A stretch of DNA of 64,000 nt, taken from positions 3,520,001-3,584,000 of the forward strand of contig CP170459.1 of the NCBI GenBank assembly GCA_047947115.1. The letters are read 5' to 3'. Positions 1 through 9,726 of the stretch are shown in pieces (positions within the stretch are counted from its first letter, which is position 1; the number at the start of each line of letters is the position of its first letter). The stretch comes from Verrucomicrobiota bacterium (lineage in GTDB: Bacteria > Verrucomicrobiota > Verrucomicrobiia > Limisphaerales > AAA164-E04). The position numbers were made by a program, and so were the translations under genes. The notes under the pieces were generated by a model, which saw only the letters and a program-made list of their open reading frames with translations, did no database searches and had not been told where the DNA came from.

Positions 1-2
1 CA

Positions 3-350
3 GGCAATGCGCTTTATGTGATCGAACCCAAAGAAAGCGGGACAGGTCCCATCGGCGCGGTAAGAGTCCGTTTTCGTGAACCGCATACGAACCAATATCA
101 CGAAAAGGAATGGACCGTGCCTTATCGCAGTTCCATTCCTGAAGCCGACGAAAGCTCGCCATCAATGAAACTCGCCATGACGTCGTCTCTATTCGCGGAG
201 TGGTTGAACGGCAATCCGCATGCAGGAAGTATTTCCATCGGAGATTTGAAACGCCTCCTCAATGGCGTGCCGGAGATATACGGCAACGACCCGCGGCCTC
301 AGACACTCGATCGCATGCTGGAACAGGCAAGGCAAATCAGCGGCCTTTGA
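3..350 (+). CDS. C-terminal fragment of a probable vWA-domain (YfbK/DUF3520-like) protein, truncated by window start
   Basis: Open frame from the window edge (GNALYVIEPKE...VRVRFREP...MKLAMTSSLFAEWL) resembles the helical C-terminus of YfbK-type vWA proteins. Confidence 0.5.
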   Translation, partial: GNALYVIEPKESGTGPIGAVRVRFREPHTNQYHEKEWTVPYRSSIPEADESSPSMKLAMTSSLFAEWLNGNPHAGSISIGDLKRLLNGVPEIYGNDPRPQTLDRMLEQARQISGL

Positions 351-394
351 ACAACATTCATTTTAAACATCAGGACATTGAAAAAGGAATCCAC

Positions 395-3300
395 ATGAAA
401 CGCTCAGGCAACACCATCAAATTTACCTTCGGTCTTTTGGGAATAATGCTTTTATTATCGGGACTCAACGCATTCGCTGCGGAAGCCAGGTTGGCCGGCC
501 TGGATATTGATGGTTCAAGCAAAAGCAATCAATGGGTGATTCGCGCCGATATCGAACCGTTGGCAGAAGCGAAGGAGCCCGCCGTGGTGTCTCTGGATCA
601 ACAAATCCATCTTGATATTCGGTCAGACAAGGCAACAGGCACATGCCATCTGGAGGCAACAGCGATCAAGGGGGATCTTTCGCATCTTGAATTGAGTATT
701 CACGGTCAGGGGGAAGTGATCTCGGTTGAAGTCGAGGGGATGCTTTACTGGAGCGTGCGCAGCGATTCGGAAAAGGGGCGTTTACTGGTGATTCAAATGC
801 CCCCGTCCGAGGAGCCTCGTACAAGGCTCAGCGGGGTGATTCGAGTGGAACAGAAATTTGAACCATGGACAGGCGCGACCTACTGGGAACCCCTTCGATT
901 GTCGTTGGTGAACGAAGGTGTTTCTGGCGGTTACATCAGCTTGACCGGAGGGGCTGACCTGCAGGTGGAATCCGGACGCGTGTCCGGGTTGGTTCCCATT
1001 GAATTGCAACATGTCCGTCCCTGGTTGAAGTCGCAAATCAAAACTCCCGCCAAAAAGGATCGTCATTATCGTTTTCTCCAGAGCGACTATGATTTGAATT
1101 TGACCCTGCGCCGGTCGGATCCGGATCAACGCTCGGTGGTGGTCGATGGTTTTCGGCTCAATGGAACCTGGGGGCAGGATGCGGTGGCGTTTCATTTCAT
1201 GGGGAATGTTCAAGTGAAGGAACCGGGAGGAGCTTCCCTGCATCTTTTGGGAGGCGATGCCGCCCTGTTGGATGTCGTTCAATCCGAGGGTGCGGAAATC
1301 AAGTATTTGGAACCCATCTACCATGAGGTAAAGGCGGGAGATAATTTGTGGCAGATTGCCGAACGTTACCGCACCACTGTTGCAAAACTGGTCAGGCTGA
1401 ATGAGTTGCCGGATCATCGCATTCTTGTGGGACAGCGTTTGTTGGCACCCGGCCCGAATGGCGAGACCGGGTATGTGGCGCAATACAAGGACCCCGGAAC
1501 GTATCCGTTGGAATTCAAATTTTTGGCACATATCACCTCCAGGGACGGGACTCAATCCATGCAGTTTACCACCGTTCCAAGTGTGCTGCGTCCTGTTCAC
1601 ATGTTTCAGATGCCGAAAGATGTTCAACTGGATCCAATGACTACCCTTGTTGCCGGAAGCTCGAAGGATGACGGGCAGGAAAATGTCTTTTTTGCATCGG
1701 CGGATGGACCGATTGTTCTGAAGGTTCAGCAGGATTTTTCAAAGGAAAACAGCCGTTTGTTCTTTGCCGCCGAGTCTTGGGAAGAGGTTTTGGTGAGTCC
1801 TGGTTTGATGCGTCAGTCGGTTTTGTACCAAATGGACATCATGCAGGGAGAGATGTCGGAGGTATTGTTCCAGGTGGCGGGTGATGGTGAGATCATATCG
1901 GTTGAATCACCCCAGTTGTTTGGTTGGGAACTGGAATCGACCGGTGACGAAAATATTCGCCTGTTGAAATTGAAATTGAATGAACTGCAATCGGAAGGGT
2001 TTCAGGTTCGCATTACGGCTCAATCCAGCCTCGGAACATTTCCCGCCTCTGCCAAGCCGGTGCGGTTGTCGCCACTGGAAGCCACGCGTTATGGAGGATG
2101 GATAAGGATTGCCAACAGTGGTGCTGTGCGTTTGGAAGTGGCCCAGCCCATTGGGTTATCACAGATTTCACCGGATCAGTTCAGGCTGCCATCCGTGCCA
2201 CGCGGGGCTTTTTCAGAAGTTGGTAACCAGGTTTTTGCCTATCGCTTCGCATCGGTGGGGCATGAATTCGAAATCAGGGCCGACAACATCATTCCTGAGA
2301 TCGGCGTTTCCGAATTGTTGATTTACCATGTCGGGTTGGCCGATATGTCGATCGAGGCGGAGTTTGAGTTGAATGTGCGTGACGCTCCCATCCGGGAGGT
2401 GGAAATAAGAGGTCCAGCATCCTTTGCCTTGTCTGGTATTCAGGCCTCCCAACTGGCCGACTATTTTGTCGGCGATGCGGATGAAGACGGCAATGTCATT
2501 TTGAAGTTGCAGTTTTCACAACCTTTCATTGGCCGTCGCGTGGTTCAGCTGGTGTTGGAACAGAATAATCCGGTGGCGCCCGGGCCGTGGGTGTTGCCCT
2601 CTTTGAGAGTGGTCGCGGCTAAATCGACACGCGGTAATCTAGCTGTGACCGCCGATGACGGGCTCAGGGTTCAGCCAGCGCAGATCTCAGGCCTGGCGGA
2701 GATGCCTGCCGGTTTTTTTCCGCGTCAATTGAACAGCATACAATCGGCGTTTCGTCTGAGGGATCCTGAATGGAACGCTCAGTTTACCATTGAAAGACTG
2801 GACCAATCCGTCCAGGCGGATGTGCTGCACCTCTATACCATCGGTGAAGGGCTGGCTTATGGCAGCAGCGTGATGCATTACTTTATTTCCGGGGCTCCTT
2901 TGAGTGTGTTCGAAGTGGAGCTTTCCGATGATTATTTTAATTTGGAATTCACAGGGCGTGACGTCCGTGATTGGGTGAAGAGTGAGGCGGGGTACACTGT
3001 TTATTTGCACAAGCCCGTCTCGGGAGCCTATACCTTGCTTGCAAGCTACGAACGCCCCTTCAACGCCCTGGGTGAGACCCTGGCTTTTTCGGGGGTGCGT
3101 CCGTCCGATGCCCAGTCCGAGCAAGGCTACACTATTATTACCAGCGCCTATCAGTTCAGGGTGAATCCGGTTTCCGTTTCCGAGGCACTGAAATCACTCG
3201 AGCCCGCCGAAGTGCCGGCCGAACATCGCCTGTTCATTGATGCCCCGATTCTGGGAGCTTATCACTATACCTCCCTACCGGTGGAATTACAGTTGGAACT

Positions 3301-6300
3301 GCAGCCGTTGACCCAGGGCAAGACCCTGGATCTGGTCGTGGATCGTGCTTCCATCAAGACCCATGTTTCGGCTTCCGGGGAGATGATTACGGATGCGACG
3401 TATTTCATCAAATCTCAGGGCAATGCCATGCTCCCTATCCGCATACCTGAGGAAGCGCGTCTTTGGTCAGTGAGCGTGAATCAGAAGACAGTCGCCCCCA
3501 TTCAGGTGGAAGGTGGCTACCAGATTCCCATTGCGTTTGAACAACGACCCGATGCCCTTCAGTCTGTCCAGATAAAATGGGCTGCCCGCTCGGAACGTCC
3601 GGATCGTTTGACCGTTGAAACCGCAGCTGTAGGAGTGCCTGTTGTGTTGGCCGAGTGGGTGATTGAGCCGGATCCCGGGCGTTTTATCCAATTTCGAAAT
3701 GGGAGCCTGCAGCCTTTGGTGACGCCCAGGGATGTGTCTGGCTGGGTTGCTCTTCAGCGCGTGCTCAAAGGGCACGGAAGCCGGGGAAGCGATCAATTGA
3801 TTCAATTGATGCTGGCCATGGGGTTGGGTGCGGTTGCCATATTTGTCTGGTGGTATGCCCGAACATCGGATCCAGTCTCCGGTCGCATCAAGTTTTGGTC
3901 CGGAGCCATCCTAGGAGTTGCCGCACTCATGGCCTCCTTGTTCATTCTGAAAGGGGTGGCTCAACCGGTACTGGCCACCGACATGACGGAAGAGAAGGCT
4001 TCGATTGAATTTCTCGCGCCTGTGCTGGGCGCCGACGCATCACTGACGGTAAGCCTGGATCATCTGGATCAACATCGTGCTTCCTCTCACTATGGGCTTC
4101 GTTTCTGGTTGGTGCTGGGTATTGTTTTTTGGCTGGTCGGTTTGGTCATGGGGGCGTCGTTCCGTCGAACACTTCTTTGGGTTGCTTCCTGGCTGCTGGT
4201 TTTCGGTGCTTCGTTGTCAAGGGACTTTGGATGGTCCGGCTTTGTTTTCTGGTTGGGAGGTTTTTATCTGCTGCACATTGCCTTGCCATGGCTTTGGGCT
4301 TTGTATCGACATTCCAAATCCAAGGTTGCAACTGCGGGTGTGTTGTTCCTGATGACCTTTCAACCTGTTGATTTGTCGGCACAGGACACGTTGCCCCTTT
4401 ATTCAACCGGAGGTTCTGCCACCCGCCTGGAGCAATCTCTGGTGGTCAAGGGGGAGCAGGTGGTGGTGGATGCTCAATTGAAGTGGCAAACCAGAGGCCC
4501 TGCGAATCTGAACTTTTTGACCGAACCCGCCATTCTGAAGTCGATTGAATGGTCCGGCGGTCAAGGCAAGGTTTTTCAAGGGGAATTCAACGGTCAGCGA
4601 ACCCACTCATTTGCCGCCGAGGAAGCCGGGGAGTTTCTCCTCACCTTCAGGTATGAAGTCAGGACGCAAGGCGGGGATTCGTCTGCAGGTTTCACATTGC
4701 CGACTCCCGCCGCTTTGATTCATCAGGTGACAGCTTTGGTGGTGGGGAAAGAGGTTGACCTGACTTGTGTTCAGGCTGTTTCAACATCCAGCAAGATTAC
4801 TGGAAAAGGAGATTCCGAAATCAGGATGTTGCTGTCACCTTCGAGGGCGGTTCGGTTTCAGATACAGCCGAGAGTGCGCGATGCCAGGCGGGAAGAACCG
4901 GTGTTTTTCGCCGAGTGGAATCATTTGATCCTTCCCACGGCCGGTATGGTGGAAGGGTTCCATACCGTATCGGTTCGGTTGTCACAAGGTGAACTCTCGA
5001 TGGCTCGCATACAAATGCCGGAAGGATGGACGGTGGCAGAGGTGGCGGGGCCCGGTTCGGAGGGATGGCGGTTTGACCCTGAATTGGGCGCCCTTTCTGT
5101 GCCCTTGAACCCTCCTCAACAGAGGTCTTTTCTGATTTCATTACGCTCACAGCTGGCCGGAGAACCTCTGCCATATTCCAGTGATGTTCGACTTCCATCT
5201 CTTCAGGCTGCCGAACGTGAAATCGGTATGGTGGCTGCCGCCTCCTTGGCGGATGTCCAGTTGGTGGATATCAAGGCCGCATCTTTATCAGAAATCCGTC
5301 TGGAAGACTTTTCCGACAACATGCGGCAACTGGCCGGGCGGTCGCTCAACGAATTGCCGATGATGCGAAAGGCCTATCGTTACTCGGGAGGAGAACCGGT
5401 GTTGACCGTTACGGCCGATGTGGTCAGTCCGGATTTAAGAGTCGTGACCCGTCAGACGCTTTCCCTTGGAGAAGATCGGTCAGTGCTTGGTGTGGACTGT
5501 GATTTAACGATTACGCGTGCGGGTTTGTTCCGACTGGATTTTCCAATGCCAGCCAATCTGGATGTCGAAAGCATCACAGGCCAAGCATTGAGTCATTGGA
5601 CGGAAGCGGATCAGGATGGCATGAGTGTCGTCACCCTGCATTTCCGCGACAAAACCATCGGGCGAACGGACCTTCAAATGAGTTTCGCGGGCCCAGGGCC
5701 GCAGGTGGGGAGCACCTGGCAGGTTCCCCGTATTCGTTTTGCAAATGCGTCCAAGCAAACCGGACGGTTGACCTTATCCACCGAACAAGGCATGCGCCTG
5801 CAAGTTGAATCTTCGGACGGTGCCATCCAACTGGATCCGGAGGAACTTGGAATGGGGAACAAGGATGCTGTGGTTTTTCGACTGCTCCATCAGGATTGGT
5901 CCATTGGATTTGACGTGGAACAGCTTCCACCCTGGATTCAGGTCGACGGGTTTCAATTTGTTCGTTTGTCCGAAGGGAGGGGAGAGGTGCAAACCCGCCT
6001 CAAGTATCATGTCAAGAATGCGGGTGTTCGCGGATTCAGACTGGCTTTGCCGGCGTTGGCTGAGGGAGTTCGGTTTCAAGGTGAACATATATCGGATTAC
6101 ATTTCATCGCCTTTGGATGGTGATACGGATCGTCTGGAATGGCATCTGGAATTGGATCGACGTGTGATCGGAGAATACTCCGTGACAGTTTTTTACAACC
6201 TTCCGGTAGAGACAAATGCTGAAATCTGGGCATTTTCAGGTGATGTGGCGTTGGATGCCAGGCTGCAGCGCGGTTATGTGGCGCTCGGGTTGGAGGGACG

Positions 6301-7549
6301 ATTGCAGGCCTCATTGGCGTCACTGCCATCCGAGCTTCAGATGGCCGATTGGCAATCCATTCCTTCCGAATGGACCGAGCCAGTGCAGGCCTCCGGAACC
6401 CGCATGAGTTTTCGATTGATCCAGCCTGATTTTCGGATTCAGTGGAACCTGCAACGACATGAAGTCGCGCGCTTGTTGCCCGCACAGGTCGGGAAGGTCG
6501 ATCTACGTTCCGTGGTCTCGGACAATGGAACGATATTAACAGAGATTCGCATGGAAATGCAGCCGGGAGACAAGAGCCTGTTGCCAGTTGATTTGCCTGA
6601 AGGCGGCGTCTTCTGGTTTGCTTTGGTGAATGGAAGCAGTATCTGGCCATGGGAATCGGAAGGCCGTATTTTGATTCCCCTGGAGGCGGCATCCAATCCG
6701 GACGAACCAACCGTTGTGGAATTTCTCTATGCCGAGCGGCTTGGCGAACCCGGCGCGGAGCAATTGCGTTTTGATATGAAAGGTCCGGAATTTGATCTGC
6801 CTTTGGAAAATGTGACCTGGCAGGTGTTTCTGGATGAAAAATGGCACATGCACCGTCATGATGGTTCTTTGCAATTGATCGACTCTTCTGCCAGATCCGT
6901 TTCCGCGAAAATGGATTGGCAACAGTATTTCCAGAACCAATCCCTGCAACAACAGGCACAATCCCGGACGGCGGAACAGTTTCTAAATCTAGGGAATCAG
7001 TTGCTGGAGTCGGGAGACCCGCGGTATGCACGCAAGGCCTTTGAACGAGCTTATGGCTTGTCCGGACATGATGCCGCCTTCAACGAAGATGCCCGCACAC
7101 AACTCCACAGCCTGAAAACCCAGCAGGCGTTTCTCGGGTTGAACTTTCGCAACAATTACGTTCAACACCAATCGGGCGCGCCCAATCAGATGAGCTGGGC
7201 TCAAAACCTGGCGGATGAAAAGATGCAGTTCAGTCAGGAAGATGTGGAGCAGTTGATCGTATCCAATGGTGACGAAATCAATGCCGCGTTTACCAGTCAG
7301 GCCGAACGCATCATCCGGCAGCAGGAAGCGGCGATTGAGAAGCCAGAGCTGTTGCGGACAACCTTCCCGCAGCATGGAAAGGCCTACACCTTTCAGCAAT
7401 CCATCCAGGTGGAAGACTGGTCGGATCTGGTTTTGTCCATCGACGCGAGAAAGGTCAGCGAGGGAACCGGGTTGGGAATGAAGATGTTGCTGCTGATGTG
7501 CCTGACGGGATTTGTCGGGATGGTACTGCTTGTCGGGCGGCCTCGATGA
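395..7549 (+). CDS. Giant (~2384 aa) membrane protein with signal peptide, LysM domain, duplicated beta-rich ectodomains, central TM bundle and C-terminal TM anchor
   Basis: ATG at 395 after AAGGA; signal-like MKRSGNTIKFTFGLLGIMLLLSGLNAFA; LysM YHEVKAGDNLWQIAERYRTTVAKLVRLNEL...ILVGQRL at ~1319-1450; hydrophobic helices ~3800-4310; C-terminal MLLLMCLTGFVGMVLLVGRPR. Confidence 0.85.
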   Translation: MKRSGNTIKFTFGLLGIMLLLSGLNAFAAEARLAGLDIDGSSKSNQWVIRADIEPLAEAKEPAVVSLDQQIHLDIRSDKATGTCHLEATAIKGDLSHLELSIHGQGEVISVEVEGMLYWSVRSDSEKGRLLVIQMPPSEEPRTRLSGVIRVEQKFEPWTGATYWEPLRLSLVNEGVSGGYISLTGGADLQVESGRVSGLVPIELQHVRPWLKSQIKTPAKKDRHYRFLQSDYDLNLTLRRSDPDQRSVVVDGFRLNGTWGQDAVAFHFMGNVQVKEPGGASLHLLGGDAALLDVVQSEGAEIKYLEPIYHEVKAGDNLWQIAERYRTTVAKLVRLNELPDHRILVGQRLLAPGPNGETGYVAQYKDPGTYPLEFKFLAHITSRDGTQSMQFTTVPSVLRPVHMFQMPKDVQLDPMTTLVAGSSKDDGQENVFFASADGPIVLKVQQDFSKENSRLFFAAESWEEVLVSPGLMRQSVLYQMDIMQGEMSEVLFQVAGDGEIISVESPQLFGWELESTGDENIRLLKLKLNELQSEGFQVRITAQSSLGTFPASAKPVRLSPLEATRYGGWIRIANSGAVRLEVAQPIGLSQISPDQFRLPSVPRGAFSEVGNQVFAYRFASVGHEFEIRADNIIPEIGVSELLIYHVGLADMSIEAEFELNVRDAPIREVEIRGPASFALSGIQASQLADYFVGDADEDGNVILKLQFSQPFIGRRVVQLVLEQNNPVAPGPWVLPSLRVVAAKSTRGNLAVTADDGLRVQPAQISGLAEMPAGFFPRQLNSIQSAFRLRDPEWNAQFTIERLDQSVQADVLHLYTIGEGLAYGSSVMHYFISGAPLSVFEVELSDDYFNLEFTGRDVRDWVKSEAGYTVYLHKPVSGAYTLLASYERPFNALGETLAFSGVRPSDAQSEQGYTIITSAYQFRVNPVSVSEALKSLEPAEVPAEHRLFIDAPILGAYHYTSLPVELQLELQPLTQGKTLDLVVDRASIKTHVSASGEMITDATYFIKSQGNAMLPIRIPEEARLWSVSVNQKTVAPIQVEGGYQIPIAFEQRPDALQSVQIKWAARSERPDRLTVETAAVGVPVVLAEWVIEPDPGRFIQFRNGSLQPLVTPRDVSGWVALQRVLKGHGSRGSDQLIQLMLAMGLGAVAIFVWWYARTSDPVSGRIKFWSGAILGVAALMASLFILKGVAQPVLATDMTEEKASIEFLAPVLGADASLTVSLDHLDQHRASSHYGLRFWLVLGIVFWLVGLVMGASFRRTLLWVASWLLVFGASLSRDFGWSGFVFWLGGFYLLHIALPWLWALYRHSKSKVATAGVLFLMTFQPVDLSAQDTLPLYSTGGSATRLEQSLVVKGEQVVVDAQLKWQTRGPANLNFLTEPAILKSIEWSGGQGKVFQGEFNGQRTHSFAAEEAGEFLLTFRYEVRTQGGDSSAGFTLPTPAALIHQVTALVVGKEVDLTCVQAVSTSSKITGKGDSEIRMLLSPSRAVRFQIQPRVRDARREEPVFFAEWNHLILPTAGMVEGFHTVSVRLSQGELSMARIQMPEGWTVAEVAGPGSEGWRFDPELGALSVPLNPPQQRSFLISLRSQLAGEPLPYSSDVRLPSLQAAEREIGMVAAASLADVQLVDIKAASLSEIRLEDFSDNMRQLAGRSLNELPMMRKAYRYSGGEPVLTVTADVVSPDLRVVTRQTLSLGEDRSVLGVDCDLTITRAGLFRLDFPMPANLDVESITGQALSHWTEADQDGMSVVTLHFRDKTIGRTDLQMSFAGPGPQVGSTWQVPRIRFANASKQTGRLTLSTEQGMRLQVESSDGAIQLDPEELGMGNKDAVVFRLLHQDWSIGFDVEQLPPWIQVDGFQFVRLSEGRGEVQTRLKYHVKNAGVRGFRLALPALAEGVRFQGEHISDYISSPLDGDTDRLEWHLELDRRVIGEYSVTVFYNLPVETNAEIWAFSGDVALDARLQRGYVALGLEGRLQASLASLPSELQMADWQSIPSEWTEPVQASGTRMSFRLIQPDFRIQWNLQRHEVARLLPAQVGKVDLRSVVSDNGTILTEIRMEMQPGDKSLLPVDLPEGGVFWFALVNGSSIWPWESEGRILIPLEAASNPDEPTVVEFLYAERLGEPGAEQLRFDMKGPEFDLPLENVTWQVFLDEKWHMHRHDGSLQLIDSSARSVSAKMDWQQYFQNQSLQQQAQSRTAEQFLNLGNQLLESGDPRYARKAFERAYGLSGHDAAFNEDARTQLHSLKTQQAFLGLNFRNNYVQHQSGAPNQMSWAQNLADEKMQFSQEDVEQLIVSNGDEINAAFTSQAERIIRQQEAAIEKPELLRTTFPQHGKAYTFQQSIQVEDWSDLVLSIDARKVSEGTGLGMKMLLLMCLTGFVGMVLLVGRPR

Positions 7550-7555
7550 GTGGTC

Positions 7556-7593
7556 AAAAAAAGGAGCCGGCATTGAAACTCCGGCTCCTTTTT
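7556..7593. terminator. Bidirectional intrinsic terminator
   Basis: AAAAAGGAGCCGG-10 nt loop-CCGGCTCCTTTTT perfect inverted repeat between convergent genes. Confidence 0.85.
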
Positions 7594-7617
7594 GGAAAAC
7601 GTGGCTTTGGCAAGGCT

Positions 7618-8601
7618 TTATCCGCCGACCTCTGCGCGGGCTTCGGCCGCCAGCGGGGTGCTGAGGTAGCGCTCGCCGGTCGAACAGGCAACCGTGACGA
7701 TGGTCTTACCTTTGTTCTCGGGGCGACGTGCCACTTCCAGCGCTGCCACCACATTGGCTCCGGTACTGATGCCCACGAGCATGCCTTCTTCTTTGGCCAG
7801 GCGTCGGGCCATGGTGAATGCGTCGTCGTTGCTTACCTTGACGCACTCGGTGATTTGTGGTTCTCCGTTTTCACCTTTCAGGTGGAGGTTGCCAGGAATG
7901 AATCCGGCACCTGTACCCTGGATTTTGTGAGGCCCCGGGGTCAGATCCTGACCAGCCAGTGTCTGGCTGATGACAGGGGAGTCGGCGGGTTCGACCGCGA
8001 TGGCCTGGAATTCGGGTTTTCGTTGTTTGATGACCTCCATGCAACCGGTGATCGTGCCTCCCGTGCCCACCCCAGCCACCAGGATGTCGACGGCGCCGTC
8101 GGTATCCGCCCAGATCTCCTCGGCAGTGGTTTTTCGGTGGATTTCCGGATTAGCGCTGTTTTCAAATTGTTGGGGAATCCAGGAATTGGGGGTGGTCTCC
8201 GCCAGTTCCTGGGCTTTTTCAATGGCTCCTTTCATTCCCTTTGGACCGGGAGTCAGTACCAACTTGGCGCCCAGCAGTGCCAGGAGGGTGCGACGTTCCA
8301 ACGACATGGTCTCCGGCATTGTAAGGATCAGTTGGTATCCTTTGGAAGCCGCAACGAATGCCAATGCGATACCAGTGTTGCCGCTGGTGGGCTCGATGAT
8401 GATGGTGTCCTTGGTTAAAACACCTCGACGTTCCGCATCCTCAATCATGGCCATGCCGATACGATCCTTGACACTTCCCAGAGGGTTGAAGAATTCGCAT
8501 TTCAGAAGCACTGTGGCATCAATACCTTCAGTTACTCTGTTTAGTTTGACCAACGGGGTGTTGCCGATCGTCTGGACAATGTTGTCGTAAATTTTAGCCA
8601 T
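7618..8601 (-). CDS. cysK: Cysteine synthase A (O-acetylserine sulfhydrylase)
   Basis: [18 protein letters not shown] (PLP lysine), [28 protein letters not shown] motifs. Confidence 0.96.
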   Translation of the reverse strand: MAKIYDNIVQTIGNTPLVKLNRVTEGIDATVLLKCEFFNPLGSVKDRIGMAMIEDAERRGVLTKDTIIIEPTSGNTGIALAFVAASKGYQLILTMPETMSLERRTLLALLGAKLVLTPGPKGMKGAIEKAQELAETTPNSWIPQQFENSANPEIHRKTTAEEIWADTDGAVDILVAGVGTGGTITGCMEVIKQRKPEFQAIAVEPADSPVISQTLAGQDLTPGPHKIQGTGAGFIPGNLHLKGENGEPQITECVKVSNDDAFTMARRLAKEEGMLVGISTGANVVAALEVARRPENKGKTIVTVACSTGERYLSTPLAAEARAEVGG

Positions 8602-8639
8602 TTGGTTTTCCTTAGTTTATGGAGTCAAAAGATGAGTAA

Positions 8640-8667
8640 ATTGTATTTTTCCATAAAATAGAGTCAA
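8640..8667 (-). promoter_or_regulatory. Candidate sigma-70 promoter of cysK
   Basis: Minus strand TTGACT-16 nt-TACAAT about 40 nt upstream of the cysK ATG. Confidence 0.55.
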
Positions 8668-8749
8668 TCTTCAAAAAAATCCCTCTGTCCCTCCGGATGG
8701 TTCTTCCCGGAGGAAGGTTGCGCATCCAGGGATACAGAGTGGACAAGAC

Positions 8750-9655
8750 ATGGGAAATATTCATCATGGGGCCGTGAAGATTTTATTTTTGCATGCTCAT
8801 TTTGATGACTATGAGTTTACCGCCTCAGGCTTGTTTGAGTTGTGGAGGAGAAAGCTAGGGGACGAACTCCGGGCACGAGTGGTTGTGTGCACCGATGGCA
8901 GGGCGGGACATCATTTCAGGTCACCAGAAGAAACGACCGAGCTTCGGATTTCTGAACAACTCGCTTCGGCAAAGGCGGGGCAGTATGAATTTCAATCCCT
9001 GCGCCTGCCTGATGGCTCGATTCCAAGAGAGGCTTGCCTCCTCGTGACACGCGATCTGTTGGCCGCACTTTGGAAAACCATACGTGATTTTGAACCGGAT
9101 TACCTTTTTTGTCCCCCATTGCCTGCCGATCCGATGGCCGGAATTCATGTTGATCATGTGGCCGTGGCGGAAGCTGTTCGCAAGGTGGCTTACATGATCA
9201 ACGTGCCACACGCCTTTCTGGAGGAATATCCTGCCGAAGTGGGAAAGGCCAAACCCTGCAAGGTGCCGGTGATTTTGAATACATTTGACTGTTACATGGC
9301 AGGCGCCAATGCACTCGATTTTGTGGTGGATGTGGAAGACGCTTTCGAATCCATCTGCGAAATGACCTGGTGCCACCAAAGCCAGATCATGGAATGGCTT
9401 CCTTGGGTGGGGAGGCATAAAATGAGTCCGCCTGAGTCGTTTGAAGAGTGGAAGCACATTTTGCGGGACCGGTTTGCCCGGCAAAACCGGGAGTTGGGTG
9501 TTCCCGGGTCCCAGGCTTCCGAAGCTTTCATGGTGACTGCCTGGGGGGAGGTGCCCACCAAAGATCAGATCATGGCGGATTTTCCGGGGATCAACCCGGT
9601 ATGGAGTCCGTTTGGGAATTTGAGCAAGTTTGCCAGCGTACATCACGAGGAGTGA
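8750..9655 (+). CDS. PIG-L/LmbE family deacetylase
   Basis: ILFLHAHFDD (variant of PHPDD), TDGRAG and HVDH metal-binding motifs; start could be GTG 8774. Confidence 0.8.
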   Translation: MGNIHHGAVKILFLHAHFDDYEFTASGLFELWRRKLGDELRARVVVCTDGRAGHHFRSPEETTELRISEQLASAKAGQYEFQSLRLPDGSIPREACLLVTRDLLAALWKTIRDFEPDYLFCPPLPADPMAGIHVDHVAVAEAVRKVAYMINVPHAFLEEYPAEVGKAKPCKVPVILNTFDCYMAGANALDFVVDVEDAFESICEMTWCHQSQIMEWLPWVGRHKMSPPESFEEWKHILRDRFARQNRELGVPGSQASEAFMVTAWGEVPTKDQIMADFPGINPVWSPFGNLSKFASVHHEE

Positions 9656-9726
9656 ACGATCCTCTTGATGGCAATCTTTACGCTGGTGAGTGAGGAATCT
9701 GCGTATTACGATGCCCGCGTTCACCT

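Noticed and set aside
200..394. ORF-track start of the giant protein
   Set aside because: Overlaps the upstream gene by ~150 bp; ATG 395 has an RBS and starts a signal peptide
7498..8418. 306 aa plus-strand ORF
   Set aside because: Antisense shadow of cysK that runs through the terminator
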